The notes under the pieces were generated by a model. It was not told where the DNA came from. It was given only the letters and a program-made list of their open reading frames with translations, and searched no databases. 64,000 nucleotides of DNA from Candidatus Fermentibacteraceae bacterium (GTDB lineage Bacteria > Fermentibacterota > Fermentibacteria > Fermentibacterales > JCC-6), in contig JBGSZS010000008.1 of assembly GCA_041750285.1 (NCBI GenBank), positions 84,060 to 148,059 on the forward strand, read 5' to 3'. Numbering within the stretch: position 1 is the first letter of the stretch; the number at the start of each line of letters is the position of its first letter. This document shows, in pieces, positions 18,601 to 27,444 of this stretch. The position numbers were made by a program, and so were the translations under genes.

Positions 18601-19169
18601 ACGCCCTGGTTCTCGACACCGGCGTCTACTCCAACACCGGCGGCCAGTGCTCCAAAGCCACACCAATGGGTGCGGTCGCCAAGTTCGCGGCCAGCGGCAA
18701 ACCGATGCCCCGCAAAGACCTTGCCATGATCAGCATGACCTACGGCAACATCTACGTGGCCCAGATAGCCATGGGCGCGAACTACGGCCAGGCCGTGAAG
18801 GCGTTCGTCGAGGCCGAAAGCTACGACGGCCCCTCCATAATCATCGCCTACAGTCACTGCATAGCCCACGGCATCAACATGACGAAGGGCATGGACGAAC
18901 AGAAGCTCGCGGTCAAGACCGGCCTCTGGCCTCTCTTCCGCTTCGACCCCAGGCTCATCGGGAAGGGGCAGTCACCGCTTCAGCTCGACTCGAAGAAGCC
19001 CGACACCCCATTCGCCGAGCTTGCAAAGAGCGAGGTCCGCTGGAAGGTCCTTCTCGACAAGGACCCGCAGCGGGGAGAGATGCTCGTGAAGCAGGCCCAG
19101 ACCGAGATCAACCGCAGGTTCCACCTGTATGAACAGATGGCCGCGATGAACTGGAACGCCGGGGAGTAG
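15636..19169 (+). CDS. nifJ: Pyruvate:ferredoxin (flavodoxin) oxidoreductase, single-chain PFOR
   Basis: 1177 aa. Two CxxCxxCxxxCP ferredoxin motifs (CLQCGVCSLVCP, CTGCGACVEACP), TPP-binding GGDGWAYDIGYGG and the conserved PFOR N-terminal domains. Confidence 0.9.
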   Translation: MSESILTIDGNEAAAHVAHKLSEVIAIYPITPSSNMGEHADEWSAAGRKNIWGTVPLVQEMQSEGGAAASVHGALQTGALTTTFTASQGLLLMIPTMHKLAGELTATVFHVSARSLACQALSIFGDHSDVMSVRNTGFALLSSASVQEVPDLAAIAHAATLSSRIPFIHFFDGFRTSHEVQKISMPGDDVLRGMIDDELVLAHRHRGMNPNRPVLRGTSQNPDVYFQGRETVNSYHAATPGIVQEYMDIYAGLTGRQYHLFDYVGAPDAESIVILMGSGCETAHETVECMLAEGEKVGVLKVRLYRPFDASALLAAIPLSAKVLTVLDRTKEPGSEGEPLYKDVATALKESGRCGVKVLGGRYGLSSKEFTPAMVKAVFDNAAGPKKHGFTVGITDDLTDTSIPVPDYCMPSQGMHQAVFFGLGADGTVGANKNSIKIIGETTDFFAQGYFVYDSKKAGAITVSHLRFGPRPIRQTCLIGRADFVACHQTVFMEKYDILRYAAKGATFLLNTPYGKDEAWDSLPREAQKDIIEKGLKFYVIDGYKVAQETGMGVMINTIMQTCFFAISGVIPRDEAIDKIKSAIRKTYGRKGEKIVEKNYAAVDHSLANLFEVKYPSRVTSSFNRPPSVPAHAPDFVQRVTAEIIAQRGDNLPVSAIPADGTWPTGTTQYEKRNIALAIPVWDPAVCLQCGVCSLVCPHAAIRIKHYDASCMKGAPATFKSIDGKGRFQGSMYTVQVAPEDCTGCGACVEACPGRNKAVEGRKAINMEPQIPLRVPEAENYSFFLDIPDYDRSKIDVASVKGSQLLRPLFEYSGACAGCGETPYVKLLTQLFGDRAVIANATGCSSIYGGNLPTTPYCKNNDGRGPAWNNSLFEDAAEFGFGFRLTADKHTSFAVELLNGFKDQLDPSLVTGLLDCAQVSEEEIEAQRKRVDSLRKALGGIDTPEARQLESLSDYFVKRSVWILGGDGWAYDIGYGGLDHVLAQGRNVNALVLDTGVYSNTGGQCSKATPMGAVAKFAASGKPMPRKDLAMISMTYGNIYVAQIAMGANYGQAVKAFVEAESYDGPSIIIAYSHCIAHGINMTKGMDEQKLAVKTGLWPLFRFDPRLIGKGQSPLQLDSKKPDTPFAELAKSEVRWKVLLDKDPQRGEMLVKQAQTEINRRFHLYEQMAAMNWNAGE

Positions 19170-19182
19170 TCCGGCATGTCAC

Positions 19183-19213
19183 GTGGGGGGGCATCGGCCC
19201 CCCCTTTTTTTTG
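19183..19213 (+). terminator. Rho-independent terminator after the PFOR gene
   Basis: GGGGGGGCATCGGCCCCCCC hairpin (7-bp G:C stem) immediately followed by a T8 run, 14 nt after the PFOR stop codon. Confidence 0.6.
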
Positions 19214-19414
19214 GCCCTGTCTGAATGGATTGGTGCACAGGTTCAGGGCAGGTTCAGCACCCTCTCGGAAGCGATCCCCCTGCTACGGTCACAGGGCTTC
19301 GCATCCGGGATGCGTTTTTGCATTTCAAATGCAGATCTGCACAACACGGGTTCACTGCGCGGCAATATCGGAAGTCTTCGCACGCGAGTTCTGAAGAAGG
19401 AAGGTCTTCTCCCC

Positions 19415-20503
19415 TCAGACCACCGCCTTGTCTGCCTCGTCCGAGAGCTCGCACCCGAATCTCTCAATGAGATGGGCGTCCAGACGGTCCGCCACGGCGC
19501 TCAGTTCAACTACCCTTTCACTGACGCTCTCCGCGTGTACCGAATTGATGTCCGAGAGGTGCGCCCGGTATGAGAGGTAGACTATTCCGTCGTGCACACC
19601 GAGCACGTAGGGCTGAACGGGATCGCTCAGAAGGTAGGTGTAGAGTGCGGTGAGGTTCTCGGTGGGAAGCTTGACAAGCGGACATGTGACGGTCAGGTAG
19701 TTGGTCCTGTAGACGAAGATCCTAATTAGAGCGCTGCCCCTGTGAAACTCCCAGAACTCGTACCCGTTCCTGGCGAGGACCGGGTCTAACCCCATCCTTT
19801 CGATAGCGTTCTCGGCAAAGACCGACAGGTCGCTCAGGGGAGTCCTTCCAAACAGCTTCTTCGCTTCAAGACCGACCCCGCAGTTCTCGCAGTATTCATC
19901 CTCCTGCTCGAGCAGAGCGCTGCAGGAGGGGCATCTCACCGAGTAAGCCGCGGGCTGCCTTTTCTCCAGAAGACCGAGTTCCCGGCCTATCATGTCGGCG
20001 GGAAGCGAGAAACCCATGTTCTCGGCTTCGTTAAGCTTGCAGGTGGTGATGCCGATGACCCTTCCGTCGGGAAGGACCATCGGCCCTCCGCTGTTTCCGG
20101 GATTGATGGCCGCGTCGGTCTGGATGTAGTACTGCCCGTTCACGAGCTGCTTCACGCTGCTTACTATTCCCTCGGTCACGTTGAACGGGTAGCCGAAGGG
20201 GTAGCCCAGGACAAGCACCCTGTCCATCACCTTCAGCTCCTCAACGTTGGAGAAACTCAACTCGGGTGCTTCGATTGCCCGGGAGGGTCTGAGGAAGGCA
20301 AGGTCGTACTTGGGGGAAACCAGTACGACATCGGCTTTCATGGCACGGTTGAATGAGTTCTCCACAGCCACCTCGCGCTCACCGTCGACGACATGGTGAT
20401 TGGTGATGATCAGGTTGTGCTTCTTCGAGAAGAACCCGGAACCGCTCCCCCTGGAGGTCTTGATCTTGAACACGAGCTGGAATACCTGATTAAGGTCTGT
20501 CAT
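19415..20503 (-). CDS. Trypsin-like (S1/S1C-type) serine protease with C-terminal zinc ribbon and YbjN-like domain
   Basis: His (ITNHHVVDG), Asp and Ser (GNSGGPM) catalytic triad context of chymotrypsin-fold proteases. CPSCSALLEQEDEYCENCG zinc ribbon. The C-terminal 150 aa resemble the YbjN/T3SS-chaperone-like fold. Confidence 0.65.
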   Translation of the reverse strand: MTDLNQVFQLVFKIKTSRGSGSGFFSKKHNLIITNHHVVDGEREVAVENSFNRAMKADVVLVSPKYDLAFLRPSRAIEAPELSFSNVEELKVMDRVLVLGYPFGYPFNVTEGIVSSVKQLVNGQYYIQTDAAINPGNSGGPMVLPDGRVIGITTCKLNEAENMGFSLPADMIGRELGLLEKRQPAAYSVRCPSCSALLEQEDEYCENCGVGLEAKKLFGRTPLSDLSVFAENAIERMGLDPVLARNGYEFWEFHRGSALIRIFVYRTNYLTVTCPLVKLPTENLTALYTYLLSDPVQPYVLGVHDGIVYLSYRAHLSDINSVHAESVSERVVELSAVADRLDAHLIERFGCELSDEADKAVV

Positions 20504-20506
20504 TGT

Positions 20507-21622
20507 TCACTCCGATGGCTGCTGGAGTTGCATAACACTCGTAACTGCCTTGTAAAGCTCCTGTGCGGCTGTCTGCCAGTCCCTGCCGGACGCCGCACGC
20601 AGGCCGGTGTTCAGCATCTCCTCCAGTGTCCGGGGGATGCGGAACCTGTTGTAGACGCTGTAGATGTCGTAGAGCAGAAAGATCGCCGCGCTCATGAAGG
20701 CTGATGAGGATATGTCCTTCTCCGCGTTCATCCAGTAGTTCTCAAGCTCGGTCTTGATCCCGGGAAGGAAGGCGTGCTTCCTCACGGCAATGATGCTTTC
20801 GGTTTTATAGATCGATTCGGCGAACTTCCCGAGCGTAATCGTGCAAAGCTTCTCGAAGAAGGTACACTGGCAGTCGAGCCTCTCCGCTGCCGGGTTCTTC
20901 CCGTACGAGGCTCCGATGGCGTTCCCGATCTCGTAGCTCAGGTGGCCTTTGGGGGAGAAGATGTAGTTGATCTTCATCAGAGAGATCAGCCCCGACTCCA
21001 CACCCATGTCATACCACCTGTTGTCCCTGAAGTAACGCAGGTACTCAAGCCCTTCATTCACATGCCTGAGGAACCCCGCATGGAACCCCTGCAGTTCCAC
21101 TTCGGAGTACTTCTCCACCCTGGGCGTGCAGATCCTTTGGGCCTGGAACTTCTCGATGAAGACATCGTCGTAATGGTCGGCATTCATGCAGATCTCCCAG
21201 AAGATGTCGTAAAGCCTGTACGGCTCGCACAGCTCGAGGGGAAACTCTGCCTTGAAGAAGAGCTTCCCGTCCTCGAGAACTATCCGGCTCAGGAAAAGGA
21301 CGGAGAAGTTTATCTCGGTGATCTGCCTGAGAAGGGCGTTGACCCTCTTTTCAGGGATGCTCAGGAATGGTGCGTTGATCCTCACCGTGGAATCGATGGA
21401 GATGTTTATGATGGTCGATCCGTGGGGAATGGAAAACTCGGTGCGTTCGGCGTTGCCGCACATGCTCACGACTGCGGGATCGAGGTAGTGAAGGAAGTTG
21501 ATGATCGTATCCCTGTAGTTCCGGTCCCTGAATGAATCCAGAACGGTCTGCCACCTGTTAGTGAAATCCGTCAACCCAACAAGACCCTCTATCGGCTCAT
21601 CAAAAAGATGCGATGTTTTCAT
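20507..21622 (-). CDS. Hypothetical protein with two YbjN-like repeats, translationally coupled to the protease
   Basis: 371 aa, no TM or signal peptide. Two segments with YbjN-like amphipathic pattern. Its stop lies 3 nt from the protease start. Confidence 0.35.
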   Translation of the reverse strand: MKTSHLFDEPIEGLVGLTDFTNRWQTVLDSFRDRNYRDTIINFLHYLDPAVVSMCGNAERTEFSIPHGSTIINISIDSTVRINAPFLSIPEKRVNALLRQITEINFSVLFLSRIVLEDGKLFFKAEFPLELCEPYRLYDIFWEICMNADHYDDVFIEKFQAQRICTPRVEKYSEVELQGFHAGFLRHVNEGLEYLRYFRDNRWYDMGVESGLISLMKINYIFSPKGHLSYEIGNAIGASYGKNPAAERLDCQCTFFEKLCTITLGKFAESIYKTESIIAVRKHAFLPGIKTELENYWMNAEKDISSSAFMSAAIFLLYDIYSVYNRFRIPRTLEEMLNTGLRAASGRDWQTAAQELYKAVTSVMQLQQPSE

Positions 21623-21691
21623 GATGCCTCCTTATTGAATACCACCGGAAACGGTGTGGTTTGCTGCCCATCTGCATTCGCCCCGGAAAGA

Positions 21692-22756
21692 TCACGGGTT
21701 CTGCCGCAGCGACCAGACCTCTCCGACTCCCTCTTCCACTCGTGCCGCGAAAAAGCCGGATTCACAGTCTCCGGCAACAAGGATGAATCCCTCGCCCGAA
21801 TCGATTGCCGCTGGGACGAATGCAGTCTCAAACCTGTGATGCCAGGTAACCGTTCCAGTCATGCCGGTGGTGCATACCCACGGAGTGTCTTCGCCTCCCG
21901 CAGCAATGAATCCGCCATCCACCCGCTCCAGAAGCCCGGCGCCGGAAAGGGGGTCGAGCGAGAACCACCCGGATTCAATGGAACCCCGGTCAGACATAAT
22001 GACGACGAGTTCGTCGAGGGATTCAGGGACAGGTGTGTCGGACCAGAGCGAAACGATGCCCTCGTCCGAAGCGCCGGCCGTCATTGGTGCGCAACCGCCA
22101 AGGTTCTCGATCACCCCGGTGCTGACGTATTCACACGGATCCCCGTTGGAATCCAGGGTAACCGTCACCCAGTCACCGGACGCGGCGACGGTCGCGGCCG
22201 CCACGAAGCATCCGTCATCACCGGCCCTGCAAAAAGCCGTGTAGAATGGGTGAGCCGTGGGCAGGGCAAAGGTTTTCCATACCTGCCCACCCTCCCTGTT
22301 CACACGGACAACCCACAGTCCCCGGTCGGTGGCTGACCAGGAGTCCCACATCATGAGCACCCCTCCGTCACCCGTATTCAGAAGCCCCTGGGGAGTATCG
22401 TAGCACATCCCGTCTTCGCACAGCTCCCATTCAACAGAGCCATCTGGGCCGTACGCCCGAAGGGATACGGCGGTGTATCCCTCTCCGGTGGATGTCGCCG
22501 TAAAGCATCCGCCGTCCTCCCTGTGAAGAAGGCGGCAGTGCGCTGCATCGGACCTGACGGTTCCAAGGGTGTCGGCGAGCACTGCCACACCATCCACGAT
22601 AAGGAAAAGACACGTCGTTGATATCTCTTCAAGTTCCGTGACGTTCTGAACCGAAAGCCAGGCTCCGCTGCCCGAAGCCGGGCAGATGTCGAGGACACGC
22701 CCCATCGCCGCTCCCGCGGCAAGCATGAGTAATGCAGGGTATAGCGATCTGTTCAA
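21692..22756 (-). CDS. Secreted hypothetical protein (beta-rich)
   Basis: Signal peptide MNRSLYPALLMLAAGAAMG. No recognised domain. Confidence 0.4.
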   Translation of the reverse strand: MNRSLYPALLMLAAGAAMGRVLDICPASGSGAWLSVQNVTELEEISTTCLFLIVDGVAVLADTLGTVRSDAAHCRLLHREDGGCFTATSTGEGYTAVSLRAYGPDGSVEWELCEDGMCYDTPQGLLNTGDGGVLMMWDSWSATDRGLWVVRVNREGGQVWKTFALPTAHPFYTAFCRAGDDGCFVAAATVAASGDWVTVTLDSNGDPCEYVSTGVIENLGGCAPMTAGASDEGIVSLWSDTPVPESLDELVVIMSDRGSIESGWFSLDPLSGAGLLERVDGGFIAAGGEDTPWVCTTGMTGTVTWHHRFETAFVPAAIDSGEGFILVAGDCESGFFAARVEEGVGEVWSLRQNP

Positions 22757-22889
22757 GTTACGGCCTCCACCGGCTATATTACAGCCTTCCCGCTGTGTTG
22801 CATCAAATGCCTGGTCTGCCCGGAACCCCCTATCATCGGTTGTCCGACCGGGGAAAGAAAGAGACGGCTGAATTGAAACGCATGTCGCG

Positions 22890-25562
22890 ATGAACTACGG
22901 CAACCGGTTCCCTTGGGTCCTCCTTCTGCCCTCTCTGGCCTTCGCCTCGACAGGCGCCGGGGAAGCGACGATCCCCCACAGGATGATGATGCTCGTACTT
23001 CAGCTGGGTGTCATCCTTTTTGCAGCAAGGATCGGTGGGATCCTTTTTGAGAAAATGCGTTTGCCCGGCGTTCTGGGGGAACTGTCACTGGGAATAGTGA
23101 TCGGCCCTCACCTTCTTGGAGCAATCGCACTTCCCGGGCTTCCACAGGGTCTCTTCCCACCGGCTTCCCTGGGTCTGCCCGTCTCTCCCGAGCTGTATGG
23201 GATATGCTCACTGGCTGCGGTGCTGCTGCTTTTTTCAGTGGGGCTTGAGACCGATCTCGGGCTGTTCGTTCGATACTCGGTTGTTGGAAGTCTGGTGGGC
23301 CTTGGCGGGGTGGTGGTTTCCTTCCTGGCAGGCGACCTTCTGGCAGTGGCATGCTCTTCATGGCTGTTCGGTGAGCCCATGGGCTTTCTGTCCGGCCCAT
23401 GCCTCTTCATGGGGATAATCATGACCGCCACGTCCGTGGGAATAACCGCCAGGATCCTTTCGGAACAGCGCAAGACCGAGTCCCCCGAGGGTGTCACCAT
23501 CCTGGCGGGAGCGGTCGTCGACGATGTGCTGGGAATAATCCTGCTTGCCGTGGGGATGGGTGTGATCACGGCTTCGAGGGCTTCCGGCAGCATTGACTGG
23601 GCGCACATCGGAGTCATTGCCGGCAAGGCTGTGGGCATATGGCTGGTGGCCACTGTGCTGGGGATCATCGCCGCAAGGCGCATTGGCGCGGTCCTGAAGT
23701 CCATGGGAAATCCGTCGGTGATTGCCGTTCTGGCCCTGGGTCTTGCACTGATCCTTGCCGGGCTCTTTGAAGAGGCAGGGCTCGCGATGATCATCGGAGC
23801 CTACGTGATGGGGCTCTCACTCTCCAGAACCGATGTGAGCCATCTCGTCCGGGAGCGACTGGCCCCGACACATGCCCTTCTGGTCCCGGTCTTCTTCGTG
23901 GTGATGGGAATGTTCGTGGACCTGCGGGCTTTCACTTCACCCACGGTGATCCTGTTCGGCCTTCTCTACACTGCGGCAGCGATAGGCGCAAAGCTACTGG
24001 GATGCGGCGTTCCGGCTCTGCTGTGCAGGTTCAACCCGCTCGGTGCCCTACGTATCGGCACCGGAATGCTTCCCCGGGGTGAAGTTACCCTGATCATTGC
24101 CGGAACCGGCGTGGCCATGGGTGTGCTCACGGGTCAGCTCTTCGGTGTTGTGGTCTTCACAACCCTTCTTTCATCGCTGATCGCCCCCCCGGTCTTGATC
24201 AGGCTTTTTCGCATTTCCCGTTCGGGCCTGAAGAATCCGGTTGCCGGGGAATCCGAAACTCCTCTTGCTTTCGCCTTCCCGTCGGCTCGGACCACCGAAC
24301 TCGTTCTTGGACGGCTTCTTGAAGTCTTTCACTCCGAGGGCTTCTTCGTGCACGAGCTGAGCAGATCAGAGCAGATCTTCCAGATCAGGAAGGACAGATC
24401 GGTCATAGGGTTCAGACGAAGCGGCCGGCATCTCACGTTCGAGGTTGGCAAAGACGACATCCCGCTTGTGAACACCGCCATGATGGAGGTCGTAGCGGAA
24501 CTGGAAGGGATAGCCCGGGAACTTGCGAAGCCCATGGACCTGTCCGGCATCGGGCGAAAGGTTCAGGATGAGGCGGGTTCAGCCCCGGGAAGGAGGGAGC
24601 TTGCCCGTCACCTTTCCGTTTCGCTCCTCTTCCCTTCTCTGAAGGCCGACACCAAGGACGGAATTCTCGACGAACTGATGGAAAGGGTTCGAACCGACCG
24701 GAGGGTTCTCGACGTCGAAGCCGCCCGAAAGGCGGTTCTGGAGCGTGAAAGCAGCCTGTCCACCGGGATGCAGCACGGCATTGCACTTCCCCACGCGAGA
24801 ACGGATGCGGTTTCGGCCCTTGTATGTGCCGTGGGCATGAAGCATGAGGGAGTGGCCTTCGATTCGATAGACGGTATCCCCTCGAGAATATTCGTGCTCA
24901 CGCTCTCCCCGAAAAGCGCATCCGCCCCTCAGATCAGTTTCATGAGCTCGATGAGCCAGGTTCTGGACGCGGAAGGACGCCAGGCGCTACTCGCGGCTGA
25001 ATCACCCGGCGAGATGTTCCTCGCTCTGACGGGAATCGACAGCTCTCAGGTCCGCCACGGCATTCTTTCCAGACGGTCCGGCATGCTGCGGGTTTCTTCA
25101 GCGGACAGCCCGGCTCCGGAATCCCTTCTTCTCCCCGAACTCATCGAACCATCGCTGAAAGGCGTTTCAGCCGGGGAAGTCATCGACGAGCTGCTGAACA
25201 TGTACGTGAAAGCCGGGATCCTGAGTGATGTGACTGAGGTCAGAAGCGCCATCATCGAGCGTGAGAAGCAGATGCCAACGGGACTCGAACACGGGATCGC
25301 CATGCCCCACGGGCGAACCGGTCAGATCGCCAGGGTTCAGTGCGCACTGGGAGTATCCAGGCATGGGGTCGACTTCGGGGCGTTCGACGGCGGGCTCTCG
25401 CACATCATCGTTCTGATCATCTCACCGTTCGACTCCCCCTCAGCCCATATCCGCACCATGGCGACACTGGGACGTGCCCTTGGTGAACGAACCCGTGAAA
25501 GAATCATCAATGCAGGAGCAGCTCCGGAGATCATCGCCGCCATGGCGGCCGGAAATGGCTGA
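22890..25562 (+). CDS. Monovalent cation:proton antiporter (CPA/Kef-NhaP type) fused to two C-terminal PTS EIIA(Ntr)-type domains
   Basis: About 430-aa polytopic N-terminal domain with a CPA-like start (LQLGVILFAARIGG). Two C-terminal repeats of the PTS_EIIA_2 signature (GIALPHARTD.., GIAMPHGRTG..) carrying the phosphorylatable His. Confidence 0.7.
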   Translation: MNYGNRFPWVLLLPSLAFASTGAGEATIPHRMMMLVLQLGVILFAARIGGILFEKMRLPGVLGELSLGIVIGPHLLGAIALPGLPQGLFPPASLGLPVSPELYGICSLAAVLLLFSVGLETDLGLFVRYSVVGSLVGLGGVVVSFLAGDLLAVACSSWLFGEPMGFLSGPCLFMGIIMTATSVGITARILSEQRKTESPEGVTILAGAVVDDVLGIILLAVGMGVITASRASGSIDWAHIGVIAGKAVGIWLVATVLGIIAARRIGAVLKSMGNPSVIAVLALGLALILAGLFEEAGLAMIIGAYVMGLSLSRTDVSHLVRERLAPTHALLVPVFFVVMGMFVDLRAFTSPTVILFGLLYTAAAIGAKLLGCGVPALLCRFNPLGALRIGTGMLPRGEVTLIIAGTGVAMGVLTGQLFGVVVFTTLLSSLIAPPVLIRLFRISRSGLKNPVAGESETPLAFAFPSARTTELVLGRLLEVFHSEGFFVHELSRSEQIFQIRKDRSVIGFRRSGRHLTFEVGKDDIPLVNTAMMEVVAELEGIARELAKPMDLSGIGRKVQDEAGSAPGRRELARHLSVSLLFPSLKADTKDGILDELMERVRTDRRVLDVEAARKAVLERESSLSTGMQHGIALPHARTDAVSALVCAVGMKHEGVAFDSIDGIPSRIFVLTLSPKSASAPQISFMSSMSQVLDAEGRQALLAAESPGEMFLALTGIDSSQVRHGILSRRSGMLRVSSADSPAPESLLLPELIEPSLKGVSAGEVIDELLNMYVKAGILSDVTEVRSAIIEREKQMPTGLEHGIAMPHGRTGQIARVQCALGVSRHGVDFGAFDGGLSHIIVLIISPFDSPSAHIRTMATLGRALGERTRERIINAGAAPEIIAAMAAGNG

Positions 25563-25627
25563 GAAGCGGGTAACCGACAGGAGACGCGCTTCTGTCGAAA
25601 ACATACACGGGCGGAAAGGAAGCGTTC

Positions 25628-26050
25628 ATGCGCTTGATCCTGATGGCGATTGTTCTTGTCCTTCTGGTTTCGTGCAGTGTTGGTGAGGGGAACATTTCTG
25701 ATGCCGGGACGGCAGCCACCTGGAACAATCGTCCCGATACAGCCTTTGCAGGGGTTGCGGAGCTGACCGATCTGCACGGAAAAACAGAGTCAGAGGTCGT
25801 GGTTGTCATGGGACAGCCGGACTTCCGGCAGGATATAACACTCCATGCGGGGGAGACCCTCTCCGAGTTCATGATCGAGGTCCACAACACCTACCCTCCC
25901 GATGACCCATCGATCGAGGGCACCATCATTCGTCATCTGCAGTGGGAACGGAACGGCTACAGCGAGGCTGTCTTTCTTCACCAGTCATCTTCCGCTGGCG
26001 AATGGGTTGTTCTGGAATCCATGAAATGGTCAAACGATGTTGAGTTCTAG
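25628..26050 (+). CDS. Small lipoprotein (hypothetical)
   Basis: Lipobox LLVSC after a hydrophobic N-terminus. Confidence 0.4.
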   Translation: MRLILMAIVLVLLVSCSVGEGNISDAGTAATWNNRPDTAFAGVAELTDLHGKTESEVVVVMGQPDFRQDITLHAGETLSEFMIEVHNTYPPDDPSIEGTIIRHLQWERNGYSEAVFLHQSSSAGEWVVLESMKWSNDVEF

Positions 26051-26081
26051 CGTCACCGGAGTTTTCAGCCGGAGGTGAGAA

Positions 26082-26936
26082 ATGCTTGAGCTGGCAGCGA
26101 TCCTGATCGCGGCGGAACCGACCATAGTCCTTCATGAATGGGGAGTGGTCTTCTACGAGGTTGGAACGGCCCGGGCAATGGGCGACCCTGGCGTTCTTTT
26201 CGATGTGGAGGAGGCGGTTGCATACGCACCGGTGATTAACCTGTACGGTCCCGATTTCACGGGGAGAATTTCGGTTGCCGCCCTCGGGACGATATTCGAC
26301 ATGTACCCCGAACCGGACGCGACCGGGGGTCCCATGATGATGGCCGGGCTGGGTTCGTTCATCCGCTGGGAGGGGATCGAAGCTCAAGGCAGCGGGAGCG
26401 GTGAGACCTTTCAACCGGTTCCCGGGCTGATGTCGGCTCCCCTCTGGAGACCTGATGACGCCCTCACACTGACCCGCGCCGACGGCTTCCGCGACAGGTT
26501 CCTATACTACGAGGTGGACCTTTCCGGCACTGAATTCCCCCTCCCCCTGGCTGGCCTGTCATCCCGGGGCATCCCGCCGGCCGGGGAGGTCCTGCTGTTT
26601 CACCGAAGCGTCGTTGGTATTGCCGGCTACGAACTTCTGCCCCAGGGCGACCTTTCAATGGCCGGCGGTACTGCTCCATTTCTTTACTCCTGCAGCGGGG
26701 TGAAGGCTGTCCTGGAAAGATGGGCGGGAACAACTCTCTCGGAGAATGAACTTTCCGCAATGTGGGCCACATGGGAGCCATATGTTCTTTCGGGCGACTG
26801 GGACGGATCAAGCCTTGCGGTTTTCCGCCTGCCGGATCAGGCCGTGGATCTCGTGAGCACCGTGAACGTTGTCTCCGACCAGGGACATCCCGTGTCAGTG
26901 CAAAGGTTTTTCCTGGGAATGATGGCCGTTCCCTGA
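26082..26936 (+). CDS. Hypothetical protein
   Basis: 284-aa ORF with coding-like composition. No recognised domain. Confidence 0.35.
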   Translation: MLELAAILIAAEPTIVLHEWGVVFYEVGTARAMGDPGVLFDVEEAVAYAPVINLYGPDFTGRISVAALGTIFDMYPEPDATGGPMMMAGLGSFIRWEGIEAQGSGSGETFQPVPGLMSAPLWRPDDALTLTRADGFRDRFLYYEVDLSGTEFPLPLAGLSSRGIPPAGEVLLFHRSVVGIAGYELLPQGDLSMAGGTAPFLYSCSGVKAVLERWAGTTLSENELSAMWATWEPYVLSGDWDGSSLAVFRLPDQAVDLVSTVNVVSDQGHPVSVQRFFLGMMAVP

Positions 26937-26943
26937 AGCGGTT

Positions 26944-27444
26944 TCAGGCAAAATAGGCAGTGCAGTTTGATAGGACTGCTCCCCGGGACAGCAGTACGGT
27001 TCCCCCCGCGATCACTTCAGTTACCTCTTCGAAGGGGCCGACCGAGGTCAGTGCAACCGTCGCCCGGTGACGGCAACTGCCCGGAGTCGACGTGAAACTG
27101 CTCATCTGCTGGCTTCCGATGAACCTGTCCCGCTCCGGAGGAACGATGCTGCCCACGCCGGCCCGTTCCCGGGAGACCGCCGATCCGCCGGCGGTGCACT
27201 GGTAGTCGACCACCAGTCCGTATTCATCCTCCCCCCCTCGGAAAGCCACATCGAACCGGATGAACAGCCTGTACTTCCTTCCAGGCCGGGCCGTAAAACC
27301 AAACCGCCATTCCGAATCGGCCTTCACTCCCACTGATGCAACGGCCCTGCCCGGAAGGCGTCTGACGACAAGGAGGTACGAAAGAAGCAACATCACGGCA
27401 AGGCTGATCAGAACCGTGAACTCAGTATCGGTGCACAGCAGCAT
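26944..27444 (-). CDS. Membrane-anchored hypothetical protein
   Basis: Single N-terminal TM (FTVLISLAVMLLLSYLLVV). Start placed at an internal Met to limit overlap with the next gene. Confidence 0.3.
   Translation of the reverse strand: MLLCTDTEFTVLISLAVMLLLSYLLVVRRLPGRAVASVGVKADSEWRFGFTARPGRKYRLFIRFDVAFRGGEDEYGLVVDYQCTAGGSAVSRERAGVGSIVPPERDRFIGSQQMSSFTSTPGSCRHRATVALTSVGPFEEVTEVIAGGTVLLSRGAVLSNCTAYFA

Noticed and set aside
15765-18869. 1034-aa minus-strand ORF antisense to the PFOR gene
   Set aside because: Gly/Ala/Val/Asp-rich low-complexity translation typical of a stop-free antisense frame in high-GC DNA. The plus-strand PFOR reading has unmistakable catalytic motifs.
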